Assembly: GCA_963844715.1 (NCBI GenBank)
Contig: CAWJPJ010000008.1
Span: forward strand, 576,001 to 640,000
From: an uncultured Phycisphaerales bacterium
GTDB lineage: Bacteria; Planctomycetota; Phycisphaerae; Tepidisphaerales; Tepidisphaeraceae
DNA length: 64,000 bases
Reading direction: 5' to 3'
Shown here: piece after piece, positions 62,757 through 64,000 of the stretch
How positions within the stretch are numbered: the first letter of the stretch is position 1
Layout: every line of letters begins with the position of its first letter
Translations under genes and position numbers: made by a program
The notes under the pieces: model-generated
Told to the model about the DNA's origin: nothing
What the model saw: the letters and a program-made list of their open reading frames with translations, nothing else
Databases searched by the model: none

Positions 62757-63986
62757 TTATTGGGAAGGTGGGTCGCGGAGATTGGCGATCGCTTTTAGGT
62801 TTTGTGCAGCTTCGGGGGCGCATTCCTTGCTGTTCAAGAGCTGATTGAAATATTTCTCTGCGCAATCTAGGTCTGCGAGGCGGACGTAACAGCTTCCGAG
62901 ATTAAGTAGGATCCGGTCGCCCATGACGAAGGGGGCGAAGCCCATCGTTCGATCGAATGTACGGCGATCGCGGATCTCGATGAGATGTTCGAGAATTTGG
63001 GCGCAGCGCTCGAAGTTTTCGGCGGAGAAATCTTCGTGGGCGAGACGCCAAAGTAGTGGGGGTGTGTCGGGATACCAGCGGGTGCACAATTCGTTTCTGA
63101 CTTGAGCCGGAATAATCGAGGCGGCCGGGCTTTGGGGGAAGGCGAAAAGATATTCCAAAAAGATGGGGGTCACAACGACGGGGGGATCGACCGCAGCCCT
63201 GGCTGCCGCGATTTGCGTGGCGGCGCGGGCGAGAAGTTCGTGTCCGTGGGGATCACGGAGGTCGAGTAGGGTCCTGCCGAGTTCGATGAGAGAGAAGAGG
63301 TGGTCTGAATCGGCCGCAAGCTGCATTGAGAGCAGATCGCGATTCCGGCGGCGTTTGTGGTTCAACTTGTGAGAGAGATATCCGTAGTGTCTCAGGCGAA
63401 TGGTGGATGGGAAAACGCTTTTGCCTTCGGACTTGGCCACGTGCTCGAGGGGAGGATGGAATTGCTCGTGAATACGTCCCTTCATGTGGACGGCGGGATG
63501 GCGGCGGAAGAGGCGGAGCGCCCACATTTCGGTGAACTGGTCCGGGGTGGAATCGTCGGCGAGGTCTTGTCTTAGAAGTTTGACGGCGAATATATCCTGG
63601 CGGAGAAGGGATGCGCGAAGTTCGGGGATGGACTCGGGCAGGAGTTCCTCGTCCGCGTCAATCCAGAGAATCCAATCGGATTTCGCGTTTGCGAAGGAGG
63701 CGTTTCGCGCGGCGGCGAAATCGTCGTTCCAGGCGTATGTCGTGACGGCAGCGCCCTCGGCAGCGGCGAGATTGACGGTGTTGTCGGTCGAACCGGTGTC
63801 GAGCAGAATGATTTCGTCGGCGATGGGATTTATGGAACGGAGGCAGCGGACGATATCGTCCTGCTCATTGCGCCAATCATGCAGACGCTCAAGGTCATTT
63901 GATTCGGTAGGCGTATGCGATCTGAAATTCGGGGTCAACCCACGGCGTGCCGCCGCCTGCGGCGAGCCATGAGGATAGATCCGCAA
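62757..63986 (-). CDS. GT2 glycosyltransferase with C-terminal TPR-like region (5' frameshift; start uncertain)
   Basis: RNEQ..I.RCL, DTGSTDNT, WNDDFAAARN, WIDADE, GRIHEQ and HYGY. Confidence 0.85.
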   Translation of the reverse strand: MRIYPHGSPQAAARRGLTPNFRSHTPTESNDLERLHDWRNEQDDIVRCLRSINPIADEIILLDTGSTDNTVNLAAAEGAAVTTYAWNDDFAAARNASFANAKSDWILWIDADEELLPESIPELRASLLRQDIFAVKLLRQDLADDSTPDQFTEMWALRLFRRHPAVHMKGRIHEQFHPPLEHVAKSEGKSVFPSTIRLRHYGYLSHKLNHKRRRNRDLLSMQLAADSDHLFSLIELGRTLLDLRDPHGHELLARAATQIAAARAAVDPPVVVTPIFLEYLFAFPQSPAASIIPAQVRNELCTRWYPDTPPLLWRLAHEDFSAENFERCAQILEHLIEIRDRRTFDRTMGFAPFVMGDRILLNLGSCYVRLADLDCAEKYFNQLLNSKECAPEAAQNLKAIANLRDPPSQ

Positions 63987-64000
63987 AGACAGAGGGTGGA

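Overview
High-GC bacterial chromosomal window, most consistent with a Planctomycetota (Phycisphaerae/Tepidisphaerales-like) genome. That assignment is an inference from gene content: a TIGR02999-type ECF sigma/Ser-Thr kinase pair, an HTH-REC/HDOD-kinase cluster, and kdsB-pyrG. Many genes, including essential ones (lysS, pyrG, infC), are split by single-base frameshifts, the signature of an unpolished long-read assembly, so they are treated as intact genes. Core content: galU, rpsD, lysS-lolE-lolD, ilvE, mlaEFD, thrS, infC-rpmI-rplT, glpK, pyrG, kdsB, argJ, lexA, pstB-phoU and rnpB. There are also two signalling clusters (HK-RR-diguanylate cyclase and HTH-REC/HDOD-HK/REC), flgM, and an expansion of GT-C membrane glycosyltransferases. 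No mobile element, phage or CRISPR array was seen. The most interesting unexplained structures are: (i) a probable 6S RNA at ~12358-12581; (ii) two tandem promoter-and-terminator-bounded small RNA candidates divergent from a 30-aa hydrophobic ORF upstream of pstB, resembling a type I toxin-antitoxin locus; (iii) an isolated, flavin-site-degenerate rnfC-rnfD pair translationally coupled to a GT-C gene; (iv) a YfhO-type GT-C fused to an apparently dead zinc-peptidase domain; (v) an internally deleted Crp/Fnr gene; (vi) several families of palindromic intergenic repeats; and (vii) widespread leaderless gene starts.
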